A stretch of DNA of 63,683 nucleotides, filler included, from Octopus bimaculoides (lineage: Eukaryota), in assembly GCF_001194135.2 (NCBI RefSeq). It is 8 parts of 8 records of this genome, joined end to end, with 100 filler letters (N's around TTAATTAATTAA, not from the genome) between each part and the next. Parts side by side here need not be neighbours in the genome. Positions count along the whole stretch, not along the records: positions 1 to 30,028 come from NC_068985.1; 7 more parts are not named here. The stretch is one strand, 5' to 3'. The notes beneath the pieces were generated by a model. The model ran no database searches. It saw only the letters and a program-made list of their open reading frames with translations, and was not told where the DNA came from. Positions 1-11,685 of this stretch are shown here, in pieces (position 1 is the first letter of the stretch; every line of letters begins with the position of its first letter). Position numbers and translations under genes: made by a program.

Positions 1-236
1 GGCACATAAAAGACACCATTTCGAGCGTGGCCGTTTTCGTGTGGGTCACACGTAAAAGCACCCACTACACTCTCTGAGTGGTTGGCGTTAGGAAGGGCAT
101 CCAGCTGTAGAAACTCTGCCAAATCAGACTGGAGCCTGGTGTTGCCATCCGGTTTCACCAGTCCTCAGTCAAATCGTCCAACCCATGCTAGCATGGAAAG
201 CGGACGTTAAACGATGATGATGATGATGATGATGAT
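1..236 (+). mobile_element. 5'-truncated copy of the RTE 3' tail
   Basis: gtaaaagcacccactacactc...catgctagcatggaaagcggacgttaaac(gat)n, matching ~10020-10194. Confidence 0.85.
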
Positions 237-1240
237 ATATATAGGAAAATGTGTGAGATCCTTGGTACAAATAGTTATATTTGAAAAAAGAAAAAGAATG
301 ACTTCACTGGTAGTTCTAATCAGTTTAATTTATTATATTTTAAGTTTTTTGATAATATAAATTTTAGTTCATAGATCTATATTAATATACATATATGTAT
401 ATATATTTTTGTGCAAGCTCTTTCAGCTCACATCTGTTCTTCAGATACATGGTTTAAACCAGTGTTGCTATCAGTATAGTAGTAATTGCATTTGATAGTG
501 AGTGTTAGTATATCCAGTTTAGTTTTGTGTTGAAAAATCTTTTGGCATTTCATATTTTCTCATTAGTCTTTTATAAATGAGAAATCGGAATTCCTTATTT
601 TAACAGATGTCTAAATGGAAAATTCCAAGCAGATGGATCTCTGATTTGTCATAATAAACAAATTTCAATACAAATATGAAAGTTGTAGACTTCATTAATC
701 AAGCAGTTACATTGGACATATAACTGCATCACTTTCTTGTCACTTCATGTGTTTACAACAAGACATTTATTGCAACACACATGATATAAAGCAATACATA
801 AAATTAAATTGGACAGAATAACAATGGAAGCTTCACAAGTAGCAAAATACAAAGCTAATTACACATTCAGATTTATCACATGAAATAAATCATGAACTGT
901 ATGAGGACATGTTGCATAATTTTGAATCTGGCACTGATGACTTTAATCACTTGTAAAAGTATTCTCATGATCCATTACAACCTAATGCAAGGAGCACGGA
1001 TAATACATCTTTTTACTATTCATTTATTCTGCAGATGGGACATTGTAATTCTTGAAGCCTTAATGAAATGCAGTTGTTCCAAACCAAAGTTGTTCCAAAC
1101 ATGAAAAGGGCAATAAAGAAACATGAAAAATTCTAAATCAGAAACACGAGAATTGAACATAATTGTGTTTTTAATATCACATTTTTGAAAGAAAAATGCT
1201 TTGCCTATTTCTACACAGACACACATGCATGTGCGCACTC

Positions 1241-1278
<38 letters not shown>

Positions 1279-1628
1279 CTCTGTAAAGCTTCATAAGTGA
1301 CTCAAGGATCAAGAGTTTTCATGTGTTGCACTTATCAAGCTAATTTAATGCCATTGGGCAGTCATGTTTTCAGCAAAGGTTTTCTCAAAAGCTCTTCATT
1401 AAGTAAAGAGAACAAATTCATAAAATTTAAAAAAAACCACATATATAAAAAATGCATACAAAAATATGCTTGTGTGCTTATAATGCATACAGTTAACATA
1501 TATAGATGCACACAGATGTACACACACACAAAAGCACATATTTGCAGATAGAAATATACACAAACCTACATATACTTACTTGCTCCTGTACAAATGGCAT
1601 TATATATATGCAGATGGGTGTGTGTATA

Positions 1629-1806
1629 CATCATCATCATCAGCAGCAGCAGCAGTAACATCATCTAATGTCTCTTTTCCCATGCTGGCATGACTTGGTT
1701 GGCTTGATATGAACAGATGAGACAGAGTTGCTTTGGCTTGGTATTTACAGCTACATGCTCTTCCGAACACCAACCACTTCACAGAGTGTACTGGATGCTT
1801 TTTACA
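1629..1806 (-). mobile_element. Diverged RTE-tail copy
   Basis: Reverse complement reads aaaagcatccagtacactctgtgaagtggttggtgttcggaagagc...catgccagcatggaaaag...gatgatg. Confidence 0.65.
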
Positions 1807-1820
1807 CACACACACACACA

Positions 1821-1896
<76 letters not shown>

Positions 1897-2365
1897 NNNN
1901 NNNNNNNNNNNNNNNNNNNNNNNNNNNNNNNNNNNNNNNNNNNNNNNNNNNNNNNNNNNNNNNNNNNNNNNNNNNNNNNNNNNNNNNNNNNNNNNNNNNN
2001 NNNNNNNNNNNNNNNNNNNNNNNNNNNNNNNNNNNNNNNNNNNNNNNNNNNNNNNNNNNNNNNNNNNNNNNNNNNNNNNNNNNNNNNNNNNNNNNNNNNN
2101 NNNNNNNNNNNNNNNNNNNNNNNNNNNNNNNNNNNNNNNNNNNNNNNNNNNNNNNNNNNNNNNNNNNNNNNNNNNNNNNNNNNNNNNNNNNNNNNNNNNN
2201 NNNNNNNNNTATATATATCTACCTGCATGAAAAAATATGGGATGCAAAAGAAATGGAAGGGAGTGATAGAAATAGTCACGAAAAAAGTTGTACCAACATT
2301 ATTCGTTAACAGAAAGAATTGAAACAACACTTCTTATAAACATCATATATTTACCTACAAACACA

Positions 2366-2741
2366 TGCACATGTGGCTGTGTGGTTAAGAAGCTTCCTTC
2401 CCAAGCTTTTGGCCTCAGGTTCAGTCCCATTGCGCAGTACCTAGGGCAAGTGTCTTCTGCTAACCAAAACTTTATGAGTGTATTTGGTAGGCAGAGACTG
2501 TGTGTGTACATACACCTTTGCCCTAGTATCACGTGGTGGTTATAAATGAGCATCACTGTCCTACAAGTTGCTTGTGTCTAGCCTTCTGTGGAAATACATG
2601 TCTGGCCATAGGAAGTAAGACCTTGCTTGGAAAGAGGTGAGGGTTGGTGACAGGAAGAGCATCTGACCATAGAAAATCTACCTCAACAAATCCTGTCTCA
2701 TCCATGCAACCAAGGAAAAGTGAACTTTAAATGATGATGAT
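2366..2741 (+). mobile_element. tRNA-headed SINE, family B' (B head + RTE-like (GAT)n tail)
   Basis: gtggctgtgtggttaagaagctt..ggttcagtccc..gggcaagtgtcttct head; tail gggttggtgacaggaagagcatc..aaatgatgatg. Confidence 0.7.
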
Positions 2742-4058
2742 GGTGATATAGACATATGCATTCCTTTCATTTGAAAAAACACTGTGTGATTTGAAAACGA
2801 CTTAACTGTTATAAGTAGCAGTTCTGGGCTCCTTCATTATTTCAGCTAGTTGTTGTTATTTAGCTTCAAGTCTGCTCTAATAGAGTAAACATATGACCAA
2901 AGGTATTCCAACAATGACCATCACGTCTTTTTCATTTTTTCAGACACAATGTATCTAGGACTTCGTTAATTAACATGTCCTTCTTTTTTTAAGGCAGTTG
3001 GGTGCGATTTAAAGGAGATTTAGCTGCTATTTTTGCAAATCAAGCAACCATGTACATGCTTCCTTGTTGACTCATGTAACAGGTATTTGCAAACATGTGT
3101 AGAGGTTTCAGTGAAGGAGTTTCTCTTTACGTATTCTATAAACATAGCTGTGTATCGATAACAATAGCAGTCAGAAATCACTCTGTGTAAATCTCATCTG
3201 CATGGATTTATAGTTTCTTGCAATCCATTAATCAAGTCCATCTATCACCACAAAGGATTTTCGTCTCTGAAATGTCACATCTGTTGAGATGTTCATATTG
3301 AGTAGCCTGCTGCGAGTAAAGATTTATTAGGGTTTATGGGTCATAGCTCTTTGTCTCACATTTACCTATAGAAGTATTACTACTGATGATTTCAGTGTTT
3401 GTCCTTTTGAAATCAATAACGCAAGTACCAGTCATACACTTCGATCATCTATCTATGTGATCACTCATTAGAATTGTAAAGTTGCTCCTAACTATGTGGT
3501 TTTGCATTCAGTCCCACTCTATGGCACCTTGGTCAAATATCTTCTATAGTCCTTAGCTGAGCAAAGCCTTCTGAGAGGATTTGGTAGATGGAAACTGAAA
3601 GAAGCCCTGCATATGTATTCATGTCATTATTCAGTTTTATTTCAAAAATTTCTTGCAAACAAAGAGCTAGTTTCTAACCTAGATCCAAAGCTCCTGTATA
3701 GGAATTTCAACAACATCAACAGGGTATTTTTGCATGTATGTATGTATATGTGCAGTATTTAGAGTCAGTGCCTGTGCAAATTTGTATGTTTTGCTTTATG
3801 TTTGTATTCTCATGCATATATTTGCATCTTGAGACATGTGAATATGTACTTAAATGATAAACTTCTGGAAAGTTTTACAAATCACTGCAGTTCCAGTGAT
3901 GGCTTGGATCTGTAGTCTTCAAATCAGCTTTCTCCTTTCTGGTTTTGAGAAGCCCAATTTCTCAAGATTTGTTTGTTTATTTGTATGTTTATTTATCTGT
4001 TCAGCAGAGTTCAAGGTCAATCTGTGCCAAGCGGCTTCACCCTGCATGCTTTAGCTTC

Positions 4059-4072
4059 GTTACTATGGCAAC
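4059..4072. promoter_or_regulatory. RFX X-box motif
   Basis: GTTACTATGGCAAC is an exact match to GTHNYYATRRNAAC; function unproven. Confidence 0.35.
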
Positions 4073-4132
4073 AGTCTGGATACTTATTGATCAGACTACA
4101 CACACACACACACACACATACACACATATATA

Positions 4133-4385
4133 CCTTTTGTTTACTGCTTCTGTCACTGGACTGTGGCAATGTGCTGGGGCACAGCCTTGAAGGGTTTAGT
4201 CTTATAAATCGAACCCAGTACTTATTTTGTTTTATGTCTCCTACTTTTTCTATCAGTTGTGTTTGCCAAACTGGTAAGTTGCTGGGATGTAAACAAACCA
4301 ACACTGGTTGTTAAGCAGTGTGAGGAGGACAAATACAATACACCACACACAAATATACATGTACATATATATGACAGGCTTCCAT
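4133..4385 (-). mobile_element. Family B SINE tail
   Basis: Matches the tail of 32263-32667; stops at the microsatellite next to the Tc1 insertion. Confidence 0.65.
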
Positions 4386-4434
4386 ATATATGTATGTATG
4401 TATATATATATATATATATATACAAAAACATATA

Positions 4435-5691
4435 CAGGGGTTGGAAAAAATAATGAAAACACCTAGCATCAGAGCATCATAATTTTGAAATATCTATAAA
4501 ACCATCAAAAGCTTGTTTGTTTTTATGTTTTTTGATTTATTATTAGTGTTGCTTAATATGTTTTGCTAAAATTGCTGTTTCTTTTCAGATATCATCAGAA
4601 AAAGGTAATTAAAATTCATTAAAATGACAAAGAGGTCAAATTGTTGGTGCTCATATGGCAGGCACTAGCATAACAAAAACAGCCAAAATGTTTAGTGTTT
4701 CAAGAAACACTGTCTCAAAAGTAATGACAGCCTTTGAGAAAGAGGGAAAAAACCTCTTTGTCAAAACAAAACACTGGAAGAAAACCCAAACTTTCAGATT
4801 GGGACCTTTGGACTCTTACACGAATTGTTAGAAAGGATCACGAAAGTACAGCTCCCAAAATGACTGCAGAGTTTAATGACCACCTCAAGAACCCAGTTTC
4901 CTCAAAAACTGTTTGCTGGGAACTGCACAAAGCTGGATTTCGTGGGAGGGCTGCAATCAGAAAACCACTACTTTCAAAAATGAATGTTGCAAAGCATTTA
5001 GCGTGGACTAAAAACCTACAGAATTGGTCCCTAAAGCAGTGGAAGAATGTTATTTTCTCAGACGAATCATCCTTTACCTTATTTCTGACCACTGGCTGAG
5101 TATACGTGTTGTGACAGCCAAAAGAAGCATTTGACCCAGACTGCCTTCTTCCAGCTGTTAAACATGGAGGAGAATCTGTAATGATTTGGGGGTGGGTATA
5201 TCTTGGAAATCTGCCAACCCAATGGTTTCCCTTCATGGCAGAATTAATAGTCAAGACTATTTAAGCATTTTATCTGGTCAAATTCATCCTAAGGTTGTGG
5301 AACTGGTTTCTGAAGGAAACGCAATCTTTCAGGATGATAATGCACCAATTCACACAGCTAAATTTATTACTGCATGGCACAAGGAACATTCTAATGAAGT
5401 TGAACATCTTATCTGGCCACCACAGTCCCCACATCTCAATATTATTGAACATTTATGGTGCATTTTAGAAAAACAAGTAAGGAGTCAATATCCTCCAATA
5501 TCATCATTACAAGAACCGGAGACTGTTTTAGCTGAAGAATGGACAAAAATTTTAGCTGAAGAATGGAAACTTTGTATGAGTCCACACCTCATAGAATTCA
5601 AGCTGTAATTACTGCCAAAGGTGGTCCTACCCATATTAAAATTAATTTGTTTGAAATTTTAAGGTGTTTCCATTATTTTGTCCAACCCCTG
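4435..5691 (+). mobile_element. Full-length decayed Tc1/mariner DNA transposon with DD36E spacing (Incomer-like)
   Basis: 30-bp TIRs: caggggttggaaaaaataatgaaaacacct (4435-4464) and 5662-5691, 2 mismatches. TA lies on the left; the right flank is TG. Internal transposase remnants are present. Confidence 0.95.
4624..5639 (+). pseudogene. Tc1-family transposase pseudogene
   Basis: Pieces read RGQIVGA..SRNTVSKV, GRKPKLS, KNVIFSDESSF, VKHGGESVMIWG, FQDDNAPIHTA..WPPQSPHLNIIE, GGPTPY*. There are several frameshifts and in-frame stops. Confidence 0.93.
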
Positions 5692-6099
5692 TGTGTGTAT
5701 ATATATATATATATGCTCATCCACATATACATACATGTATGTATGTGTTTATGTATATATAGGTGAAATAAGCATGCGTATATCCATCCATCCATTCATC
5801 TACCTATCATATATATATATATATAATGTATACATAAAAGGGGGAGAAATATATAAATGTCTATGTATATGTATATATTATTCTTTTCATATATATACAC
5901 TCAAAGTCACACACTTATACACACAAATGCATTCATAAACAGCTCACATGGGGACTGAAAAGACTTAATTCATATCAATTGCAAGTATTCAAAGAACATC
6001 AAACTTTACACGTTTAAGTAGAAAAATACAAAAGATTGTGATGAAGCAATGACTATAGTTTGGAAGCATCAAATGTGCTTGATCTATTGGTTTTGTGAA

Positions 6100-6472
6100 T
6101 GATGCTGGTATTGGTGGTGGTGGAGGCGGTTGCGGTGGAGGCAGTGGTGGTGATGGTGCTTTGGTGGGGTGGGAGACATGTTATCAGGCAATGCCATAAT
6201 CATTGAGCCTGTCAGAGGCCATACATGTTACTAGTTGTACAACAACTTGATGATGGCTGGTTTGTGGTTGGAGTCTGGTGGTTCATGACTGGTATTATAT
6301 TTGTGGTGGTGGTGATGGTTGAGATAGTGGTGGTGGTGGTGATGGTGGTGATGGTGGTGGTGGTAGCTGCATTGATGGTTTTGGTGCTGAAATGAATTGC
6401 TGTTTGGAATTAGTAACAGAGATGATGAAAATACACAAGATAGTGACTTGTTGTAGTTGTAGCAGCAGTAGC

Positions 6473-6504
<32 letters not shown>

Positions 6505-6560
6505 CAGCAGCAGCTACCGCATTAGTTAAAGTAGTAGTAGTAGTAGTGATGTCAGATGTG
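6100..6560. repeat. (GGT)n/(GTA)n low-complexity tracts
   Basis: Direct reading. Confidence 0.85.
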
Positions 6561-7117
6561 TTGGCAGTTGCAGGGATGGTGGTGTTTCTTTTGCTGTTGT
6601 TGGAATGAAACTCATGTTTGTTCTTCACAGTGAAAAAAAAAAAAAATAAATAAAATAAAAAAAATCGATATAAAGTATAATGAAATATGTGATAATATTT
6701 CAAACTGAATCAGAATTGTTCAAATAGACAGCATCCTGTCAAACAAAGAAGCAGAAAGTATTTAAGGGCAACTACGAAAAATCCCCGACTAAAAGAACAA
6801 AACAAAAGAACACCAAACATTATTTAAAGAGTTACAAATGATGTAAAAAATAATTAAATGAATGTGTGTGAGTATTTGTATGGGTATGTGTGTTAATGTG
6901 TGTGTCTGTATTTGTGTGTGCTCATATTTAGTTATGAAATGTCAATGGTTGTATAAATGGACTAAAAACCTGGACTCAAAACAGAAGGTTACATTGTTTC
7001 CAATCCAGTGGTTATTGTTGTCGCACATGAAGAATACAGCTATTCATTATTCATCTCCTGCTCCACATTCAAAAGCTCACACTACAACACCACACACCTG
7101 TGCACTTGATGCCTGAT

Positions 7118-7155
<38 letters not shown>

Positions 7156-7185
7156 ACATATATGTATATATGTATATGAGGAGGC

Positions 7186-7374
7186 GATGACCACCCCCTT
7201 CAGTCATGAACGACCATAGGATTGCACCTAGAAAGTTCCCCTCCGAGTCACAAGTCTGGGCAAGGTTGTTCATGCAGTTGCCCATGCACACCAGCTTCCC
7301 TTCTCCACACCATCAATGTCTCCCAAGGGCCAATACAGCTTGGCACTAGTGACATCGCAACTCATTTCTACTGA
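7186..7374 (-). mobile_element. Family C SINE 3' part
   Basis: cccccttcagtcatgaacgaccataggattgcacctagaaag... matches ~13200-13380. Confidence 0.7.
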
Positions 7375-8440
7375 NNNNNNNNNNNNNNNNNNNNNNNNNN
7401 NNNNNNNNNNNNNNNNNNNNNNNNNNNNNNNNNNNNNNNNNNNNNNNNNNNNNNNNNNNNNNNNNNNNNNNNNNNNNNNNNNNNNNNNNNNNNNNNNNNN
7501 NNNNNNNNNNNNNNNNNNNNNNNNNNNNNNNNNNNNNNNNNNNNNNNNNNNNNNNNNNNNNNNNNNNNNNNNNNNNNNNNNNNNNNNNNNNNNNNNNNNN
7601 NNNNNNNNNNNNNNNNNNNNNNNNNNNNNNNNNCCCAACATATAATCTCTACTCTACTTACTCATCCCAAAACTACACTTTTATCTATTTTTCATGTTTT
7701 TCCTGATATAAGCCAAAAAAAAAAAACAAGGTCTGGAAGATGCACAATGTGACTACATACCTTTGATGCAAGTCTGATGAAGTACCTCTCTGATGTCTAA
7801 AACTGCAAACATTATGCAAATTTTCACTTCACATTTTTGCATAAACTAGCATTGCAAGTAGAGTTGGTACAGAAACAATTGTAACGAATCGTTCAAGATG
7901 TATTAAAAAATTTTCTTTGTCTTATTATTTGGTATACACATACATACATACATACATATATATGTAATGACTTGTAGGACATTAAAGTAGTGCAAAATCC
8001 AAAATTTTTATTTAGCTAGATGATTGACTAGGGAGTTCATCCAAACACCAAACAATAACATATACCCAATTGTATAAGTAATGGATCTCAAGTACATAAA
8101 TGCAATGGCAATTTCAAATTTACATCTTTTCCCTTTGCCAATACGTATCAATCTTCCAGCCTATCTTTTGTTTCACTCTTCTACAATAAATATCATGTTT
8201 TCAGTTTGTGAGATTGTTACCCTTGCTACATTCAGCATATTACAACTGTCCTTTAGGTTATTCATAAATTAAACATTTAATCTGTCTGCTTTTAAATTTT
8301 TTGCCATCTAGATTTTCCCTTTATTTTATTCATATATAATTTCTAACTGTAGATGGAGCAATAGCAGAGTTGTTAAGGCAATGAAATTTTCACACCAACA
8401 AATACATACTCATATACAAACACACACATTATATATATAT

Positions 8441-8822
8441 GTGTGTGTGGTAAGAAGCTTGCTTCCCAACCACATGGTTCCAGGTTCTGTCCCATTGCAT
8501 GGCACCTTGGGCAAGTATCTTCTACAATAGCCTTGGGCTGACCAAAGCCTTGTGAGTGGATTTGATAGACAGAAACGGAAAGAAGTCTGACATATATGTG
8601 TGTGTGTGTGTGTCTGTATTTCTACCCCACCACTGCTTGACAACTAGTGTTGGTGTGTTTATATCCCCATAACTTAGCAGGTTGGCAAACAAAACTGATA
8701 GAATAAGTACCAGGTTTTAAAAATAAAAAAATAAGTTCTGGGGTTGATTCATTCAATTAGAAAATTCTTCAACGTGGTGCCCCAGCATGGCTGCAGTCCG
8801 ATGACTGAAATAAGTAAAAAGA
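8441..8822 (+). mobile_element. Family B SINE (tRNA head, internal microsatellite, gtaaaaga tail)
   Basis: gtggtaagaagcttgcttcccaaccacatggttccaggttc...gcaccttgggcaagt...(TG)n...cagcatggctgcagtcc..tgactgaaataagtaaaa. Confidence 0.85.
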
Positions 8823-9390
8823 AAAAAAATACCTCCTAAGATAATGCTAAGTGTAGTGTTTTTATATATGTATATATATGTGTGTGTGTTGGTCCAGAAT
8901 CACACCGGACACGGAGGAGAGAAAATATTAATTCAGTGAAGGAGAAGTACTGAGAGTAATAGCTCTGACTAAGAGGGAGCAAGAGAAAGTAATAGCAATA
9001 AGAGAAAGGAAGAGGTGATATATGAATAAGGAAGGGGTTGAAAGAAAATCAGCGTTTCAACTCTGTGTGAGTATATGTGTGTGCGTGTATGTGAATGTTT
9101 GTATGTGTGATAATTATGTACCTTATTTTGTACCTTCACATTATAGTAAGTTGTTGGAAGTAACTTATCCCATCTCTCTCCNNNNNNNNNNNNNNNNNNN
9201 NNNNNNNNNNNNNNNNNNNNNNNNNNNNNNNNNNNNNNNNNNNNNNNNNNNNNNNNNNNNNNNNNNNNNNNNNNNNNNNNNNNNNNNNNNNNNNNNNNNN
9301 NNNNNNNNNNNNNNNNNNNNNNNNNNNNNNNNNNNNNNNNNNNNNNNNNNNNNNNNNNNNNNNNNNNNNNNNNNNNNNNNNNNNNNTATA

Positions 9391-10194
9391 TATGAGGTGG
9401 TGAAACATGACCTTTGAACATTAGGCCTCATCGAGGCAATGACTAGTGACTGAGACCTTTGGAAATATGCAGTGTGTGAGAAGACCCAGCAAGCCAAGTG
9501 AAACCATAATCCATGGCCTCTGCCAGGGGTGTAGCCAGCCCACTTATGCATGCCTTTCCTTCATTGGACACTAAACTCTGCTTGTGAAGACCTGTTGAGG
9601 CAAATGAAATCGAAACCGAACCAAATTCGACGACTGGCACTCATGCCAACCTCTCCTTCATTGGACACTAATATCTGCTTGCAAAGACCTGTTGGGGCAA
9701 GTGAAATTGAAATCGAAATCGAACCAAATTGAATGACTGGCACCTGTGCCAGTGGAGCGCTAACAGCACCGTCTGAGCGTGATCATTGCCAGAGCAGCAG
9801 TCCGGCTTCTGTGCCAGTGGCACGTAAATAGCACCATTGCAGCGTGATCATTACCAGCATCGCCTTACTGGCACTTGTGCTGGTGGCACGTGAAAACACA
9901 TTCGAGTGAGGTCGTTGCCAGTGCCGCTGGACTGGCTCCTATGCAGGTGGCATGTAAAAAACACCATTTTGAGTGCGGACATTGCCAGTACCATCTGACT
10001 GCCCTCGTGCCGGTGGCACGTAAAAGCACCCACTACACTCTCAGAGGGGTTGGTGTTAGGAAGAGCATCCAGCTGTAGAAACTCTGCCAGATCAGATTGG
10101 AGCCTGGTGCAGCTATCTGGTTCGCCAGTCCTCAGTCAAATCATCCAACCCATGCTAGCATGGAAAGCGGACACTAAACGATAATGATGATGAT
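9391..10194 (+). mobile_element. RTE-clade LINE 3' end: ORF2 C-terminus, repeat-containing 3' UTR, (GAT)n tail
   Basis: 9391-9501 reads YEVVKHDL*TLGLIEAMTSD*DLWKYAVCEKTQQAK*, an RTE-like C-terminus; both internal TGAs fit CGA decay. The UTR has 97-bp and ~65-bp tandem units and ends in (GAT)n. The 5' part is lost in a gap. Confidence 0.75.
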
Positions 10195-10619
10195 ATATAT
10201 ACATGTATATATTTATGTATGCACGTGTTCTTATGCATGACTATGTAAGCTTTAGACCAGTGTATGTGAAAGAGAAATTTCAAAAGCAATATCTAATTCT
10301 AAATAAATTTGAGTTCAGTTCATTTGGCTTGTTTTTCAGTTAAATTTGGTTAAATCTTTTCATTTATTTAACAATAAGATCATAACTCCTACCATTTTTT
10401 CAAACTCCCTTATGTATAAATTATTATATTTTCACAGAGTGCTAAAATTGTTTTACGTAGTGCATGGGGCCAGATACTATTTAATCAATATGGTGCTAAC
10501 ATACTAAATTTAGTCTGTAAATTTAAATTAATTAAAACTTCACCCATATTGAGAAGAAAGTAAATTGTTAGTTTAATTATTTCTTCTTGTCAAGAAAAGC
10601 GAGTGGGGGATAACCACCA

Positions 10620-11215
10620 AAATTTCAATTCATAACAATTAATTAAAAATATATATTTTGGGCAATGTGGGGTAGCGTGATTCTGTTTTTAATTAAGAAA
10701 AAAAGTAATTAAAAATGGAATGTAGACTATGCAATGGGTGATATTTTTTTTTAATTAACATAAATGAATTAGTATAGTATGTGAAGAATGTAGTGGAGGA
10801 ATGAGATCCTTTTTTAATTAATTAAAAATTAATAAAAAATAGAATATGAAGAATAGAGTGGGAGAGTGAGATTCTATATTTAATTAATGAAAATTAATAA
10901 AAATAGATTATGGGAATGCAGCGGATGAGTAAGATTCTATTTTTAATTAACATTATTAATTAAAAATAGAATGTAGAAATTACAGTGGGGTAACGGAGAT
11001 TCTATTTTTATTAAACAAGAATTAATCTAAAATAGAATGGGAATAATGTAGCAAGGGAGTGAAAATCTATTTTTAATTAACAAAAATTAATTAATAATAG
11101 AATGTAGACAATGTTATGGGGGTTAGTGAAATTCTGTTTTTAACAAAAATTAATTTAAAATACCATGTAGAAAATGTGGTGTGGGATTCTAGTTTTAATT
11201 AATTCTATTTAGTTA
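10620..11215. repeat. Degenerate AT-rich minisatellite, ~60-bp unit, ~10 copies
   Basis: Recurring aatagaatgt..gtggg..gagattctatttttaattaa. Confidence 0.75.
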
Positions 11216-11409
11216 AAATTTCAGAGTTGTCCCCCTTGTCCTTATCAACCAGAATTATTATTTCTCCTCAAAAAAGATGTAATCCTAATTACTTAAAATG
11301 TCTAGCCATGCTACCTCAATTACGATTTAGTTTACCTGGTGTGTCCTTGGCTATCTTTCCTTTCTTTATAATGGGCCGAATTGATACTGGACATCTTTTG
11401 TCACATTTG

Positions 11410-11532
11410 TGACCTTTACAGCAACTCTTTTTGTTTTTGTGTGTGTTCTTGCTCCACTTATTCCATTCTCTGAAAATGGAGTAAGTGGAGCAAGAATACA
11501 CACACAAATAAAAAGTGTTGCTGAAGAGGTCA
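11410..11532. repeat. 58-bp ungapped inverted repeat with 7-nt loop
   Basis: Arms 11410-11467 and 11475-11532; on the + strand 51 Watson-Crick pairs, 4 G-T pairs and 3 mismatches. Confidence 0.92.
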
Positions 11533-11685
11533 GTCAGAGATGTATGATGAGAGATTTCTGGACAATGGACACAAGTTAAAATAAGAACAATAATAAATGA
11601 GTGAAGAACAAATATATCATGCGTATGTTTGTTTGGCAGAAAAAAAAAAAAAAATTACCATCCCGAAATACAACGATATATATAT

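Noticed and set aside
11336-11469. Apparent 134-bp minus-strand exon
   Set aside because: The acceptor may simply derive from the inverted repeat, and the reading frame is ambiguous; not called as CDS.
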